From an uncultured virus (IMG/VR IMGVR_UViG_3300038334_000112) (Duplodnaviria; Heunggongvirae; Uroviricota; Caudoviricetes), in IMG/VR virus record IMGVR_UViG_3300038334_000112: a DNA stretch of 64,000 nt. One strand, written 5' to 3'. The stretch's first letter is position 1; each line of letters starts with the position of its first letter. Below are positions 18,315 to 26,936 of this stretch, piece after piece. The notes beneath the pieces were generated by a model, which saw nothing but the letters and a program-made list of their open reading frames with translations, ran no database searches and had not been told where the DNA came from. The translations under genes were made by a program, and so were the position numbers.

Positions 18315-20528
18315 ATGACCTGCTGCAAATGTGAAGAGTACAAATGGGGCGATCCTCAACCTGTCGAGTATGTGGACGATGAGGGCAAGGGTTATTGCCT
18401 GTTCCACGCCCCGGCAAACTACAAGATGATCGACGGATGCCCGTATCTCTCAGTTGCCGCGTTCAACACCTTCGTCTTTCATCGCATTGATCAGGTTATT
18501 GCCAAGAACAAGGCGGCTGGCGAAAGCAACCGCTGCAATATGGCAGGCGTCGTGTTCTTGGGTGAAATTTCCTTCAGTGCGTACGATAGCGATAACCCTC
18601 TTCCGCCTATTTTGTTCAGCCACGCAAAGTTTCAGGGAGAGACAAATTTCGGCAACACCACCTTCGGCGAAGAGGTGACATTCGACAAGGTCAAATTCGG
18701 CGAAGAGTCGAATTTCGACAATGCCAAATTCTGCGCTTGGACGAAATTCACCAATGCCACCTTCGGCAAAATGGCGGATTTCACCAATGCCACCTTCGGC
18801 AAAGGGGCGGATTTCGAAAATGCCAAATTAGGCGACGGTGCGCACTTCGACACTGCCACCTTTGACGCATACGCGACCTTTAACAATGCCACCTTTGGCG
18901 AATGGACAACCTTCGACAATGCCACCTTTGGCGAATGGGCAACCTTCGACAATGCCACCTTTGGCGATTGGGCGTCCTTCGAGAAGGCCAAATTCGGCAG
19001 TATGGCGAGATTTGACAAGGCCACCTTTGTTGAAAAGGTGAGATTTTCCAAAACCACCTTTGGGAACCAGACGCTATTCAGTAATGTGGCATTTAAAGGC
19101 CTGGCGACATTTGGCGATGCCATCTTCGGCGATGAGGTGAGTTTTTGCAGAACGAACTTCAGCGAAAGGGCGATCTTCGACAATGCCACCTTCGGCGAAA
19201 AGGTGATATTCGAAAAGGCCAAATTCGGCGAAGAATCGAGTTTTGACGATGCCAAATTCGGCGCACGTGCGAGATTCACCAATACCACCTTCGGCAACAT
19301 GGTGACATTTAACAAAGCCACTTTCGGCAACAAGGCGACATTCAACAAGGCCAAATTCGGCGAATGGGCGAAATTCCAGAAGGCCTCCTTCGGCAAAGAG
19401 GTGAGATTCGAAAATGCCGAATTCAGCGTAATGGCGAACTTCTGCTATGCCATTTGGGGCGAAGGGGCGAAATTCGACAATGCCATCTTTGGCGAAGGGT
19501 CGGAATTTTGCAACGCCACCTTCGGCGAGCGGTCGGCATTCTATAAAACCACCTTCGGCAAATGGGCGACCTTCGCCAATGCCATCTTCGGCGAAGGGAC
19601 GACATTCGACAATGCCCTCGTTGGTGCCGAAACGGATTTCAAGGCAGCTGAATTCAAGGGCCGAACAACCTTTCAACAGACCACATTTGGGCACGGAGTA
19701 GACTTCGGAACGGCCATCTTCAAGGGCGTGCCGGACTTTGGAGCGGCCAACTTCACCGGCAGCTCCTCTTTTCGCGAGGCCAGATTCGTACGCAACGCCA
19801 AATTCACTCGGACCCTCTTCGCTGGGGAAGCGGATTTCCAAGAGGTCAAGACAAAGGAGAAGGCCCTTCGGCTGCATGCGCTTCAAGCCGCGTCCTTAGC
19901 CAACCTTTCGTTCACCAGTCTGGAAACGGACCTCTTTTCGTTCAAAGGCTGCGACTGGCCTGAAAAGCTTTTGCCGGAAGCGGATGGACTCCAAAGCGGC
20001 CAGGACTGCAAGGGGCTTTACCGCGATGACAAGGCCTGCGAGGAACTGTACCGAAGCCTGAAGCAAAAGGCCGCTGCCGAACACGATCAGCCAATGACCT
20101 CCTGGTGGCACTACCGGGAAAAGCTGATGAAGTTGGCAGGGGTAAAAAGCAGATACCCATATATCTGGCATCTCCATTGGCTAGGCTTGTACTGGCGGCT
20201 TTGCGGGTTTGGGGAGCGCTGGGTGCCGCCGCTGAAGGCGTTTGGAGGAATGCTTCTGTTCTGTCTGTTGCTACTAGGAATGGGGGGGGTCCAGAGCGAA
20301 ACATACGCCATTCACGGACCTGCCTGGCCAACCTGGGAGAACATCCAGAACTTTGGCTCCGTCTGCCTGTCCCTGCTCAAGTACCTCCTGCTCATCAAGG
20401 AGGAGGCCATCACATTCAAGCCGATCTACGGAGCAGCGGAATTCTTCATCCTCCTCTTCACCCGCCTAGTCATCCCCATTCAGGCCGCGTTTTTCGCCAT
20501 CGCGCTGAGGAATGCGTACCGGAGGTAG
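18315..20528 (+). CDS. Pentapeptide-repeat membrane protein
   Basis: N-terminal Cys/His motif, long array of 11-aa 'F.NATFG..A.' repeats, C-terminal TM segments; RBS before 18315. Confidence 0.88.
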   Translation: MTCCKCEEYKWGDPQPVEYVDDEGKGYCLFHAPANYKMIDGCPYLSVAAFNTFVFHRIDQVIAKNKAAGESNRCNMAGVVFLGEISFSAYDSDNPLPPILFSHAKFQGETNFGNTTFGEEVTFDKVKFGEESNFDNAKFCAWTKFTNATFGKMADFTNATFGKGADFENAKLGDGAHFDTATFDAYATFNNATFGEWTTFDNATFGEWATFDNATFGDWASFEKAKFGSMARFDKATFVEKVRFSKTTFGNQTLFSNVAFKGLATFGDAIFGDEVSFCRTNFSERAIFDNATFGEKVIFEKAKFGEESSFDDAKFGARARFTNTTFGNMVTFNKATFGNKATFNKAKFGEWAKFQKASFGKEVRFENAEFSVMANFCYAIWGEGAKFDNAIFGEGSEFCNATFGERSAFYKTTFGKWATFANAIFGEGTTFDNALVGAETDFKAAEFKGRTTFQQTTFGHGVDFGTAIFKGVPDFGAANFTGSSSFREARFVRNAKFTRTLFAGEADFQEVKTKEKALRLHALQAASLANLSFTSLETDLFSFKGCDWPEKLLPEADGLQSGQDCKGLYRDDKACEELYRSLKQKAAAEHDQPMTSWWHYREKLMKLAGVKSRYPYIWHLHWLGLYWRLCGFGERWVPPLKAFGGMLLFCLLLLGMGGVQSETYAIHGPAWPTWENIQNFGSVCLSLLKYLLLIKEEAITFKPIYGAAEFFILLFTRLVIPIQAAFFAIALRNAYRR

Positions 20529-20529
20529 C

Positions 20530-20622
20530 ATTCCGGCCCGGCCGTACCTGGCCCTCGACGTGAGCGACGAGCGGCAGATCCAGGCTTCGGTGATTGCCTT
20601 CCTGACCGGGCGGATGGAGTAG
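20530..20622 (+). pseudogene. Orphan 3' fragment of gene G
   Basis: 30 codons, 22/30 aa identical to the gpG C-terminus, no start codon. Confidence 0.85.
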
Positions 20623-20817
20623 ACTCGGCCATTTTTGACTCTTGCCTTCCTCTCGAATTTACCGCAAGGATACGTATACTCACGTGGTGGTATTGGCTAT
20701 GGACAGAACGCCGACGCTTTGAGATGAACACTAGCTCTGTACAATTTCCTGGTAGGCGTTTACAATTGATTGCAAAAATATCAAGCAAGACAATAAAGAG
20801 CTGGCGGAGGAAACGTC

Positions 20818-21624
20818 ATGAAAAAGGTTGCTGCTATTATCGCGATGTTGACCATTGCAGTGTTGGTCAGCGGATGTGCCTCAACATACAATGAAGCAGG
20901 CAAAAAGATTGCCTATCTGCCAGGTAAAGTTGGCTTGGGAAGTACCAAGCTTGAGGTCTTCAATACTTACGGTCATCCTTCCGCTCAAAGGCAACTCGGC
21001 GAACTATATATTTATGACTACAATTACACAATTGGTCAGGCGAAGCATGATAGGCTAATCGCACAGGGGACCGCAGCATTATTTACCATGGGCATTTCAA
21101 ATCTTTTTGTTGACCATGGTGTTAATCAGAGTGATTTCAAGGAAGACTATCAGGAGCTTCAATTTATTTTTGACAACAACAGTAAAGTTGTAGATTTTCA
21201 CTATCACGATAGCCAGGGAAACGGCAATGATGAAAGCGAGACCATTTACCTAAAAGCAGTAGCCGCTGTAATAAGCGGCAACATGCAGGAAGGCATTATT
21301 CTTGCGAGACGTTCTGTTGAATCCAACCAGAACAATCATCGTTCTCTCAACTTTTTGGCCTGGTATCTGGTTGACATGGGAATTAATCCCAAGGAAGGTG
21401 TTAGCCTGGCTGAACGAGCAGTAAAACTTTGGTCTTATGAACCAAATTATTGGGACACTCTTGGTACTGCTCAAGCCAAAGTTGGTGATTTCGTCGGGGC
21501 TAAGGAAAGCCTGGAGCAAGCCATGAAACTTTATCCAGTTTACATGCCAGGCTACAACTATGCTCACACTAAAACTATATACGAGCAAGTGAGTCAGCAG
21601 TTGACTGCCAAGAAGAAAATGTAG
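20818..21624 (+). CDS. Lipoprotein with BamE/SmpA-like N-domain and C-terminal TPRs
   Basis: Lipobox 'LVSGC'; 'GSTKLEVFNTYGHPS'; TPR-like 'NYWDTLGTAQAKVGDFVGAKESLEQAMKL'; AT-rich. Confidence 0.8.
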   Translation: MKKVAAIIAMLTIAVLVSGCASTYNEAGKKIAYLPGKVGLGSTKLEVFNTYGHPSAQRQLGELYIYDYNYTIGQAKHDRLIAQGTAALFTMGISNLFVDHGVNQSDFKEDYQELQFIFDNNSKVVDFHYHDSQGNGNDESETIYLKAVAAVISGNMQEGIILARRSVESNQNNHRSLNFLAWYLVDMGINPKEGVSLAERAVKLWSYEPNYWDTLGTAQAKVGDFVGAKESLEQAMKLYPVYMPGYNYAHTKTIYEQVSQQLTAKKKM

Positions 21625-21769
21625 TCCTCAAGACAAAAAAGTCCGGATTATCCAATGACCAGTGGTTTCGGCGAAATGGAAAAGCGAAGAAGCTTGCCTT
21701 TTTGGTAATCTTGCCGCTGGGGCACAATATGATTCCCTCGCCTTTCGATGCCATTTCGCATAGCGAAGA

Positions 21770-21920
21770 GTTAATCAAGACGCTTGATTACATTCCGTTC
21801 ACAAATATTTTATCCAGCGGCACTGGCTGGCAGCGCCTTGGTCAAGGCGTGAGTCAGCTTTTGATTGCTCTTCAGGCAACCATCTTCGCCTTCGCCCTTC
21901 GCAACCGCTTCAGGCGCTAA
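21770..21920 (+). pseudogene. C-terminal remnant of a second pentapeptide-repeat membrane protein gene
   Basis: IALQATIFAFALRNRFRR* versus IPIQAAFFAIALRNAYRR* (11/18 identical); 5' boundary approximate. Confidence 0.7.
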
Positions 21921-22106
21921 CGGAAGGCTTCCGGGCATGAGGGCTAGCGAAATCCATTAAACACTAGATTAAACGCATCCTGGCGCGCGTGGGGGGCAAG
22001 TCTACCGCGCGACACCACCCCGCCGGGAGGGGGATTGCCAACGCCGCCGGTTTCGGCATACCCTCGATGCACCACCTAACCACCACCTCCCCCCGCAGAA
22101 CCTAGC

Positions 22107-22154
22107 CCCCGGACACCTGTCCGCGTTATGTCTCGCCCTCGCTTCGGCGAGGAT
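22107..22154 (+). promoter_or_regulatory. Late (head) promoter with candidate activator site
   Basis: CCCCGGACACCTGTCCGCGTTA, containing the dyad GGACA-CC-TGTCC; matches 11171-11192. Confidence 0.6.
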
Positions 22155-22160
22155 GCGGGC

Positions 22161-23306
22161 ATGAAGACACCCGCCCCCATCCACATCTTCCGGCCCGGCA
22201 CGCAGACGGACGTGAGCGGCACCACGCTGGCGTTCACCGAGGCCATGCTGGAAGCATCGGCAAAGGCCTACGACCCGGCCCTGCACGAAGCGCCCCTCGT
22301 GGTGGGCCACCCCCAAACCGACGCCCCGGCCTATGGCTGGGTGCAAGCCCTCGCCTTTTCCCAATCCGGCCTGGCCGCCAGCCCCCACCAGGTGGACCCC
22401 GAGTTCGCCGAGCTGGTGCGCGCGGGCCGCTTCAAGAAGATCTCCGCCTCGTTCTACACCCCCGACTCCCCGCAGAACCCCGTTCCCGGCGTGTTCTACC
22501 TGCGCCATGTGGGCTTTCTCGGCGCGGCCGCCCCGGCAGTGAAGGGTCTCAAGCCCGTGGCCTTCGCCGCTGGCGAGGAGGGCGTGGTGGAGTTCGCCAC
22601 CTTTGGCGAGGGCGACGCCTGGGCCGAACGGCAGAACGCCAATCTGTGGCGCAGTTTCCGCGAGTGGCTCGCCAGCCAGTTCGGCCAGGACGCAGCCGAC
22701 CAGGCGTTGCCCCAGAACCATCTTGCACAACCCGCGTTCGCCGAGGGCGCGGCCAAACCAAAGTCCAAGGAGGACGACGTGGATCAGAAGGAACTTGATG
22801 CCGCGAGGGCCAAGCTCGTGGAAGAGCGGGCCGCACTGGACAAGGACAAGGCGGACTTCGCCGAAACCAAGGCCAAGGCCGACCAGGCTGTTCTGCTCGT
22901 GACCCACGAGCAGCACCTGGCCTTTGCCGAGGGTCTGGTCAAGGAGGGCAAGCTGCTGCCCGCCAACAAGCTGGCCACCGTGGCCCTGCTGGACAACCTG
23001 GCCGCCACCGGCGCGAGCCTGGAGTTTGCCGAGGAAGGCGGCACCAAGACCAGCAAGCCCGCGCTCCAGAGCATGAAGGACATGCTGCAAAGCGCGCCCA
23101 AGCTGGTGGACTTCACCGAGCGCGCCACCGGCGACCCGAACGCTCTTGCGTCCGGTGGGGGCAGCGTCAGCTTCGCCGCGCCCCAGGGCTTCACCGTGGA
23201 CGCGACCGGGCTGGAGCTGCACACCAAGGCCCTGGCCTACCAGGCCGCGCACCAGGGCGTGGACTACATCACGGCTGTGACGGCCGTCAGCGCAGGAGGC
23301 AAGTAA
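22161..23306 (+). CDS. Prohead protease / scaffold protein
   Basis: 'APLVVGHP..DAPAYGWV', 'FKKISASFY', 'YLRHVGFLGAAAPAVKGL'. Confidence 0.9.
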   Translation: MKTPAPIHIFRPGTQTDVSGTTLAFTEAMLEASAKAYDPALHEAPLVVGHPQTDAPAYGWVQALAFSQSGLAASPHQVDPEFAELVRAGRFKKISASFYTPDSPQNPVPGVFYLRHVGFLGAAAPAVKGLKPVAFAAGEEGVVEFATFGEGDAWAERQNANLWRSFREWLASQFGQDAADQALPQNHLAQPAFAEGAAKPKSKEDDVDQKELDAARAKLVEERAALDKDKADFAETKAKADQAVLLVTHEQHLAFAEGLVKEGKLLPANKLATVALLDNLAATGASLEFAEEGGTKTSKPALQSMKDMLQSAPKLVDFTERATGDPNALASGGGSVSFAAPQGFTVDATGLELHTKALAYQAAHQGVDYITAVTAVSAGGK

Positions 23307-23307
23307 C

Positions 23308-23646
23308 ATGGGCCAGCTGAACATCCCCATTCTCACCCTGTCTGTGCTGGCCACCGGCACCATCACCGCGCGGCGCTTCACCACCGCAGCCGGTGCCCAG
23401 GCCGGGGCCGGGGCCAACGCCCTGGGCGTGAGCGAGTATTCCGGCGTGACGGGCGACATGATCCCCGTCACCGCGCTGGGTACCTCCATCGTGGAGGCCG
23501 GGGCCGCCTTTGACGCCGGGGTCGAACTGGAGGCCGACGCCACCGGCCGCGCCATCCTCAAGACCACCGGCAAGACCCTGGCCCGCGCCCTCCAGGCCGC
23601 CACCCAGGCCGGAGACTTCGTCGAAGTCTTCCACATCCCCAACTAG
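23308..23646 (+). CDS. Capsid decoration/cement protein (DUF2190-like)
   Basis: 112 aa, Ala/Gly-rich, between the scaffold and capsid genes. Confidence 0.75.
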   Translation: MGQLNIPILTLSVLATGTITARRFTTAAGAQAGAGANALGVSEYSGVTGDMIPVTALGTSIVEAGAAFDAGVELEADATGRAILKTTGKTLARALQAATQAGDFVEVFHIPN

Positions 23647-23673
23647 CCAGGCCCGCAAGGAGGCTCAATACAC

Positions 23674-24600
23674 ATGAACATGAATCCCACCCAGGTGCGG
23701 GTCGTCGATCCCATCCTGACCACCGTGGTCCAGGGCTACAAAAACCAGGAGTTCGTGGGCAGCACCCTGTTTCCGTCCGTGCCGGTGACTGTCTCCGGCG
23801 GCAAGATCATCGAGTTCGGCAAGGAGCACTTCCTGGCCTACAACACCCGCCGCGCGCCCGGCGGCGACGTCAAGCGCATCACCTTCGGCTACGCAGGCAA
23901 GCCCTACTCGCTGGAGAACCACGCCCTGGACGCCTCCGTGCCGCGTGAGCACATGCGCGACGCCAGCAAAATTCCGGGCATCAACCTGGGCACGCGGGCC
24001 GTGAACCTGACCATGCGCGTGCTGACCCTGTCGCTGGAGCTGGAGCAGGCGGAGCTGGCCACCAACGCCGCGCTGTACGGCGTGAACAACAAGATCACCC
24101 TGTCCGGCACGGACAAGTTCAGCGACGACACCTCCGACATCTTCGGCACCTTCGACGACGCCAAGGAGGCCGTGCGTTCGGCCTGCGGCATGTACCCCAA
24201 CGTGGCGATCTTCGGTCCCAAGGCCTTCAAGGCGGCCAAGCGCCACGCCAAGGTGGTGGACCGCTTCAAGTACACCAGCAAGGAATCCATCACCGCCGAC
24301 ATGCTGGCCGGTCAGCTCGACCTGGAGAAGGTCGTGGTGGGCAAGGCCGTGAAGGCCTCGGACGCCGGGGTCATGAGCGACGTGTGGGGCAACTACATCG
24401 TTCTGGGCTACGTGCCGAGCCAGGCCTCGCAGATGGAGGAGCCCTCCTACGGCTACACCTACACCCTGGAAGGCCACCCCATGGTGGAGACGCCCCGCTA
24501 CAACGACACGGCCCGGAGCTGGCTCTACGGCATGAGCTACGAGCGCGCCCCGGTGCTCTCGGGCATCGCCTCCGGCTTCCTCATCATCAACCCCGACTAG
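23674..24600 (+). CDS. Major capsid protein
   Basis: 'RVVDPILTTVVQGYKN', 'EPSYGYTY'; size and position. Confidence 0.88.
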   Translation: MNMNPTQVRVVDPILTTVVQGYKNQEFVGSTLFPSVPVTVSGGKIIEFGKEHFLAYNTRRAPGGDVKRITFGYAGKPYSLENHALDASVPREHMRDASKIPGINLGTRAVNLTMRVLTLSLELEQAELATNAALYGVNNKITLSGTDKFSDDTSDIFGTFDDAKEAVRSACGMYPNVAIFGPKAFKAAKRHAKVVDRFKYTSKESITADMLAGQLDLEKVVVGKAVKASDAGVMSDVWGNYIVLGYVPSQASQMEEPSYGYTYTLEGHPMVETPRYNDTARSWLYGMSYERAPVLSGIASGFLIINPD

Positions 24601-24633
24601 GCCCGGCCTGGCCGAGAACGCGAGGAACACAAC

Positions 24634-24933
24634 ATGCCGCAATACCTTGTGACCGAGCCCCTGAAGCACAACGGCCAGAGCTACGGCCCCGGCAGCGACC
24701 AGGACACCGTGGAGATGGAGGCCAAGGCAGCCCGCGAGCTGCTCAAGCTGGGCGTGCTGGTCCTGGCCCCCAAGACCGCCGCCGCACAGCCCAAGAGTCA
24801 GGGCAAGCCGAAGCCCGAAGAAAAACCGAAGGACGAGGCCAAGTCCGCCGAGAAGGGCGGCGACGGCAAGGACGAGGCCAAGTCCGCCGAGAAGGGCGGC
24901 GACGGCAACGAGACTGACGGGGGAGGCGAGTAG
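24634..24933 (+). CDS. Small head-associated protein with charged tail
   Basis: 'YLVTEPLKHNGQSYGPG'; follows the capsid gene. Confidence 0.7.
   Translation: MPQYLVTEPLKHNGQSYGPGSDQDTVEMEAKAARELLKLGVLVLAPKTAAAQPKSQGKPKPEEKPKDEAKSAEKGGDGKDEAKSAEKGGDGNETDGGGE
24829..24906 (+). repeat. Perfect 39-bp tandem duplication
   Basis: AAGGACGAGGCCAAGTCCGCCGAGAAGGGCGGCGACGGC x2 (KDEAKSAEKGGDG). Confidence 0.95.
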
Positions 24934-24936
24934 GCC

Positions 24937-25362
24937 ATGGCCTACGCCACCACGCAAGACATGGTGGCCCGGTTTGGTGAGGGCGAAGTTCGTGCCCTCA
25001 CCGACCGGGAGCACACCGGGAGCATCGACGAAGCCGTGTTGGCTCCGATCCTGGACGAGGCCACGGCGGAGATCGAGGGCCACCTGGCCGGGCGCTACGC
25101 CCTGCCTCTGGTGAATGTGCCGAGGCTTGTCACGGGCATCTGCTGCGACATCGCCCGCTACCGGCTCTCCGGCGCGGAGGTCCTGGAGACCGACCCCACG
25201 CGCAACCGCTACCGCGACGCCGTGCGCCTGTTGGAGCAGATCGGCGCGGGCAAGGTGGGCCTGGGACTGGACCAGGCTGGCCAGGCTGCGCCCACGTCCA
25301 CGAGCGTGCTGATCCAGCCCGGCGAACGCAGCTTCCCGCAGGGCAGCCTGGAGGACTACTAG
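24937..25362 (+). CDS. Head-tail adaptor (Mu gp36 / DUF1320)
   Basis: 'MAYAT..DM..RFG', 'GRYALPL', 'CCDIARYRL'. Confidence 0.9.
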   Translation: MAYATTQDMVARFGEGEVRALTDREHTGSIDEAVLAPILDEATAEIEGHLAGRYALPLVNVPRLVTGICCDIARYRLSGAEVLETDPTRNRYRDAVRLLEQIGAGKVGLGLDQAGQAAPTSTSVLIQPGERSFPQGSLEDY

Positions 25363-25363
25363 C

Positions 25364-26002
25364 GTGGCCGACTTCACCTCCGAGATCACCATCGCTGCCA
25401 TCGAGGACGCCCTCAAGGCGCGCATCGAGCAGGCCAGCGCCTCGGGCGAGCTGGGCTACAAGCTGGCCGCCATCGGCACCTACGGCGGCGAGTTCGACGA
25501 CCTGGACAGCCTGGGCAAGGCCATGCGCGCCCTGCCCGCCGTGTGGGTGGTCCTGGCCGACTCCGGCAAGCCGGAACGCAAGGGGCCGGACAAGTGGCTG
25601 GTCCCGGCCACCTTCGCCATCATGGTGGGGGCGCGCAGCGTGCGCAACACGGAGGCCGCACGGCACGGGACACAGACGGCCAAGGGCGTGGAGCCCGGCA
25701 CCTACCGCCTGCGCGAGGACATGTGGAATCTCCTCGTGGGGCAGGACCTGGGCCTGGCCATCGACAACTTCAAGCCTGGCAAGACGCTGACCATCTTTCA
25801 GACCCGCGTCCAGAGCCAGGGAATTTCCGTGCTCGGCCTGGAGCTTCACACGGCGTTCGTCCGCACCGGCCAGGCCACCCTCCTGCTCGGCAAGGCCCCG
25901 GAGCTGGAACAGATCGGCATCAACTACGACCTCACCCCGCCGGGTGACGGCGAACCGGACGCAGTGGACCTCATCACCCTGCAACAGGGGGAGAGCGAAT
26001 GA
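25364..26002 (+). CDS. Tail completion protein (Mu gp37 / DUF1834)
   Basis: 'IEDAL..RI', 'TYGGEFD', 'PAVWV'. Confidence 0.85.
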   Translation: MADFTSEITIAAIEDALKARIEQASASGELGYKLAAIGTYGGEFDDLDSLGKAMRALPAVWVVLADSGKPERKGPDKWLVPATFAIMVGARSVRNTEAARHGTQTAKGVEPGTYRLREDMWNLLVGQDLGLAIDNFKPGKTLTIFQTRVQSQGISVLGLELHTAFVRTGQATLLLGKAPELEQIGINYDLTPPGDGEPDAVDLITLQQGESE

Positions 26003-26007
26003 ATGCG

Positions 26008-26670
26008 TTAGCTGGATTTCTTGGCGCGACGCTCTGCCAACAGGCCGGGGAGAGTGAAGGCGTAAAGCAAGAACAACTCGGTGAACGACTTAAGCGCCTC
26101 GCAAGTTACCTTATCAAAGGCATCTTCTTCATGTGTGGCATCGTTACCGTCAAGTCGAATAGCATGAGCCCATTCTTTCATTGCTGGAGTAATCTCATGC
26201 TTCTCTGCGAGTTCGTTAATTCTAGCGTGAAGTTTCCCACTCGTCGAGCCAAGCTCCTTTGTCGCAATATCAAGTGTCTTGCGAAACATTGCACCAGATG
26301 CATCAAAGTTGCTTCGCTGAAAGCTGTCAACAGCCTGCATGTATATTCTAGAAATATTATTCGAAACATGATCTGGAGGCTCATTAACATGGCACTTTGG
26401 GTAGCACGCATAAACCTCATAGTATTTTTCAAATTCAGTCCCATTAGGTATGTTGTGAGGTGAAGATGGACATTGCTTCTTCATTTTAACAAGAAGAACA
26501 CAACCTCCAAGACAATTGTTACAATGTATAAATAGGTTATAAGTCGAAGATGCGATTGACCCATCAAAATTTTTATAAAAATCAAATTGCTGAATCACTG
26601 AGTCAGCAACAGATGTAAACAAAACTTTATCAGTATTGCAGTGTGGGCATCTCATTGAATAGACAGCCAT
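26008..26670 (-). CDS. DUF4145-domain cargo protein
   Basis: CPHC and CNNC zinc motifs; 'GAMFRKTLD', 'IRLDGNDATH'; AT-rich and antisense to the tail operon. Confidence 0.85.
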   Translation of the reverse strand: MAVYSMRCPHCNTDKVLFTSVADSVIQQFDFYKNFDGSIASSTYNLFIHCNNCLGGCVLLVKMKKQCPSSPHNIPNGTEFEKYYEVYACYPKCHVNEPPDHVSNNISRIYMQAVDSFQRSNFDASGAMFRKTLDIATKELGSTSGKLHARINELAEKHEITPAMKEWAHAIRLDGNDATHEEDAFDKVTCEALKSFTELFLLYAFTLPGLLAERRAKKSS

Positions 26671-26753
26671 GGCGCACCTCTTGGTCAACGATTCAACACG
26701 TAATCAACGAATATTCGACATACCCAATACCGTCAACAGCATAAGGAGTCCCC

Positions 26754-26933
26754 ATGATCGTCAAAGCCGCCTTTGGCCTGAAAGTGCCCAAGGAAGACAA
26801 ACCCCGCGAGTACATCACCGAGGATGTGGCCGTGGATGTGCCCGAAACCGCGTACTACCTGCGCCGCCTGGCCGAGGGCGACCTGCTGCCCGCGAAAAAG
26901 GCCGGCGCGAAGTCGACCACCGGAGGAGAGTAA
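26754..26933 (+). CDS. Mu gp38-like small tail protein (DUF2635)
   Basis: 59 aa, below the ORF-track cutoff: MIVKAAFGLKVPKED...YYLRRLAEGDLL; AAGGAG RBS. Confidence 0.85.
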   Translation: MIVKAAFGLKVPKEDKPREYITEDVAVDVPETAYYLRRLAEGDLLPAKKAGAKSTTGGE

Positions 26934-26936
26934 GCC

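Larger units (their letters stand above)
18116..20694 (+). repeat. Diverged 165-bp direct repeat (18116-18280 and 20530-20694): gpG 3' end plus downstream promoter-like DNA
   Basis: The two copies translate to IPARPFLALDVDDERQIMESVLLFLTGRLG* and IPARPYLALDVSDERQIQASVIAFLTGRME*; the following non-coding ~55 bp, including TATACT, also align. Confidence 0.9.

Noticed and set aside
18640..19620. 33-bp periodic repeats as a CRISPR array
   Set aside because: Degenerate, in-frame coding repeats with no unique spacers and no cas genes.
18632..19886. Repetitive antisense ORFs (254 and 270 aa)
   Set aside because: Mirror images of the pentapeptide repeat codons.
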